Shown here: piece after piece, positions 31,675 to 32,000 of the stretch
Position numbering within the stretch: position 1 is the first letter of the stretch
Layout: the number at the start of each line of letters is the position of its first letter
Assembly: GCA_965250005.1 (NCBI GenBank)
Contig: OZ252279.1
Coordinates: 1,230,001-1,262,000, forward strand
Reading direction: 5' to 3'
From: Demequinaceae bacterium
GTDB taxonomy: Bacteria; Actinomycetota; Actinomycetes; Actinomycetales; Demequinaceae
DNA: 32,000 bases
Program-made: the position numbers and the translations under genes
The notes under the pieces: generated by a model
Database searches by the model: none
What the model was told of the DNA's origin: nothing
The model's input: only the letters and a program-made list of their open reading frames with translations

Positions 31675-32000
31675 ATGCGCATTCTCTTCATTCACGAAGT
31701 GAACTATCTCAACAAGGTGATCTTCGAGATGCACGAGTTCCCGGAACTGCTCGCTCTTGCCGGTCACGAGGTTTCGTTCTTCCACTATCCCGAACGGCCT
31801 GACCGACGACGCGTGTCGCTACGCGCGCGGCACGAGCCCATTCCTGGACGGGTGCACCCGGAGGCGAGCATTCGCTTGATCACGGCGCCCACGTTTGGCG
31901 GGCATGCGATGGAGCGCTACGTCGCGCCATTGCTCGTACTGCCGACACTCTCCCGGGAAATTCACAAAGGACGGTACGACGCGATCGTGCTCTACGCCGT
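31675..32000 (+). CDS. GT4-like glycosyltransferase, N-terminal part (runs off the right window edge)
   Basis: Hand translation from ATG 31675 gives MRILFIHEVNYLNKVIFEMHEFPELLALAGHEVSFFHYPER..., open to position 32000. This is a GT-B N-terminal beta-alpha-beta pattern. It is absent from the ORF track because there is no stop in the window. Confidence 0.65.
   Translation, partial: MRILFIHEVNYLNKVIFEMHEFPELLALAGHEVSFFHYPERPDRRRVSLRARHEPIPGRVHPEASIRLITAPTFGGHAMERYVAPLLVLPTLSREIHKGRYDAIVLYA

Noticed and set aside
1-32000. CRISPR arrays, IS elements, transposases, integrases, toxin-antitoxin pairs, restriction-modification or other canonical defence systems, and rRNA genes
   Set aside because: I found no regularly spaced repeat arrays, no DDE/tyrosine-recombinase-like ORFs, no terminal inverted repeats and no nuclease/helicase/ATPase defence-type proteins when reading both strands. 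All large ORFs are accounted for by metabolic, envelope or transport functions.

Overview
High-GC (roughly 70% or more by eye) actinobacterial chromosome segment with Micrococcales/Mycobacterium-like synteny.

- **1-12.3 kb, conserved housekeeping backbone:** a partial DUF3048 lipoprotein, menE-menA, a DUF4229/PLDc_N pair of small membrane proteins and a GT4 glycosyltransferase. Then the System II cytochrome c maturation operon (resA-like, ccdA, resB, ccsB), preceded by a histidine phosphatase and a glutaredoxin-like protein. Then a HAD-IB hydrolase, a 32-aa bS22 ribosomal protein gene that is too short for the ORF track, a small HTH protein and trkH-trkA.
- **12.3-15.4 kb, small accessory envelope genes:** a doubtful two-frame ORF, a DUF4328 membrane protein, an orphan Trp/Tyr-rich lipoprotein and a DUF3179 lipoprotein.
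- **15.4-32 kb, a large cell-envelope glycopolymer locus interrupted by housekeeping dcd.**
  - The left arm (about 70-77% GC) holds three GT-B glycosyltransferases, a Wzm/Wzt (TagG/TagH)-type ABC-2 exporter and a gene split over two frames.
  - The right arm (23.4 kb onward, visibly lower GC, about 50-65%) holds an FrhB-like flavo/FeS protein with a polysaccharide pyruvyl transferase, a fused MsbA-type ABC exporter and a GT-B enzyme. It continues with DUF2304 + GT2, a CapF-like SDR+cupin protein whose SDR half has no tyrosine, and a partial GT4.

I could not recognise any tRNA, rRNA, CRISPR array, transposase, integrase or canonical defence gene.

Most worth a second look:
1. The two-frame gene, whose frames meet at a G_GGU_UUU heptamer.
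2. The low-GC glycan-modification module.
3. The degenerate CapF-like protein behind an A5G9 tract.
4. A window-wide TANNNT-N6/7-start (leaderless) promoter architecture, which also fixes several start codons.

Many long ORFs in the track are antisense or off-frame artefacts of the high GC content and are rejected.
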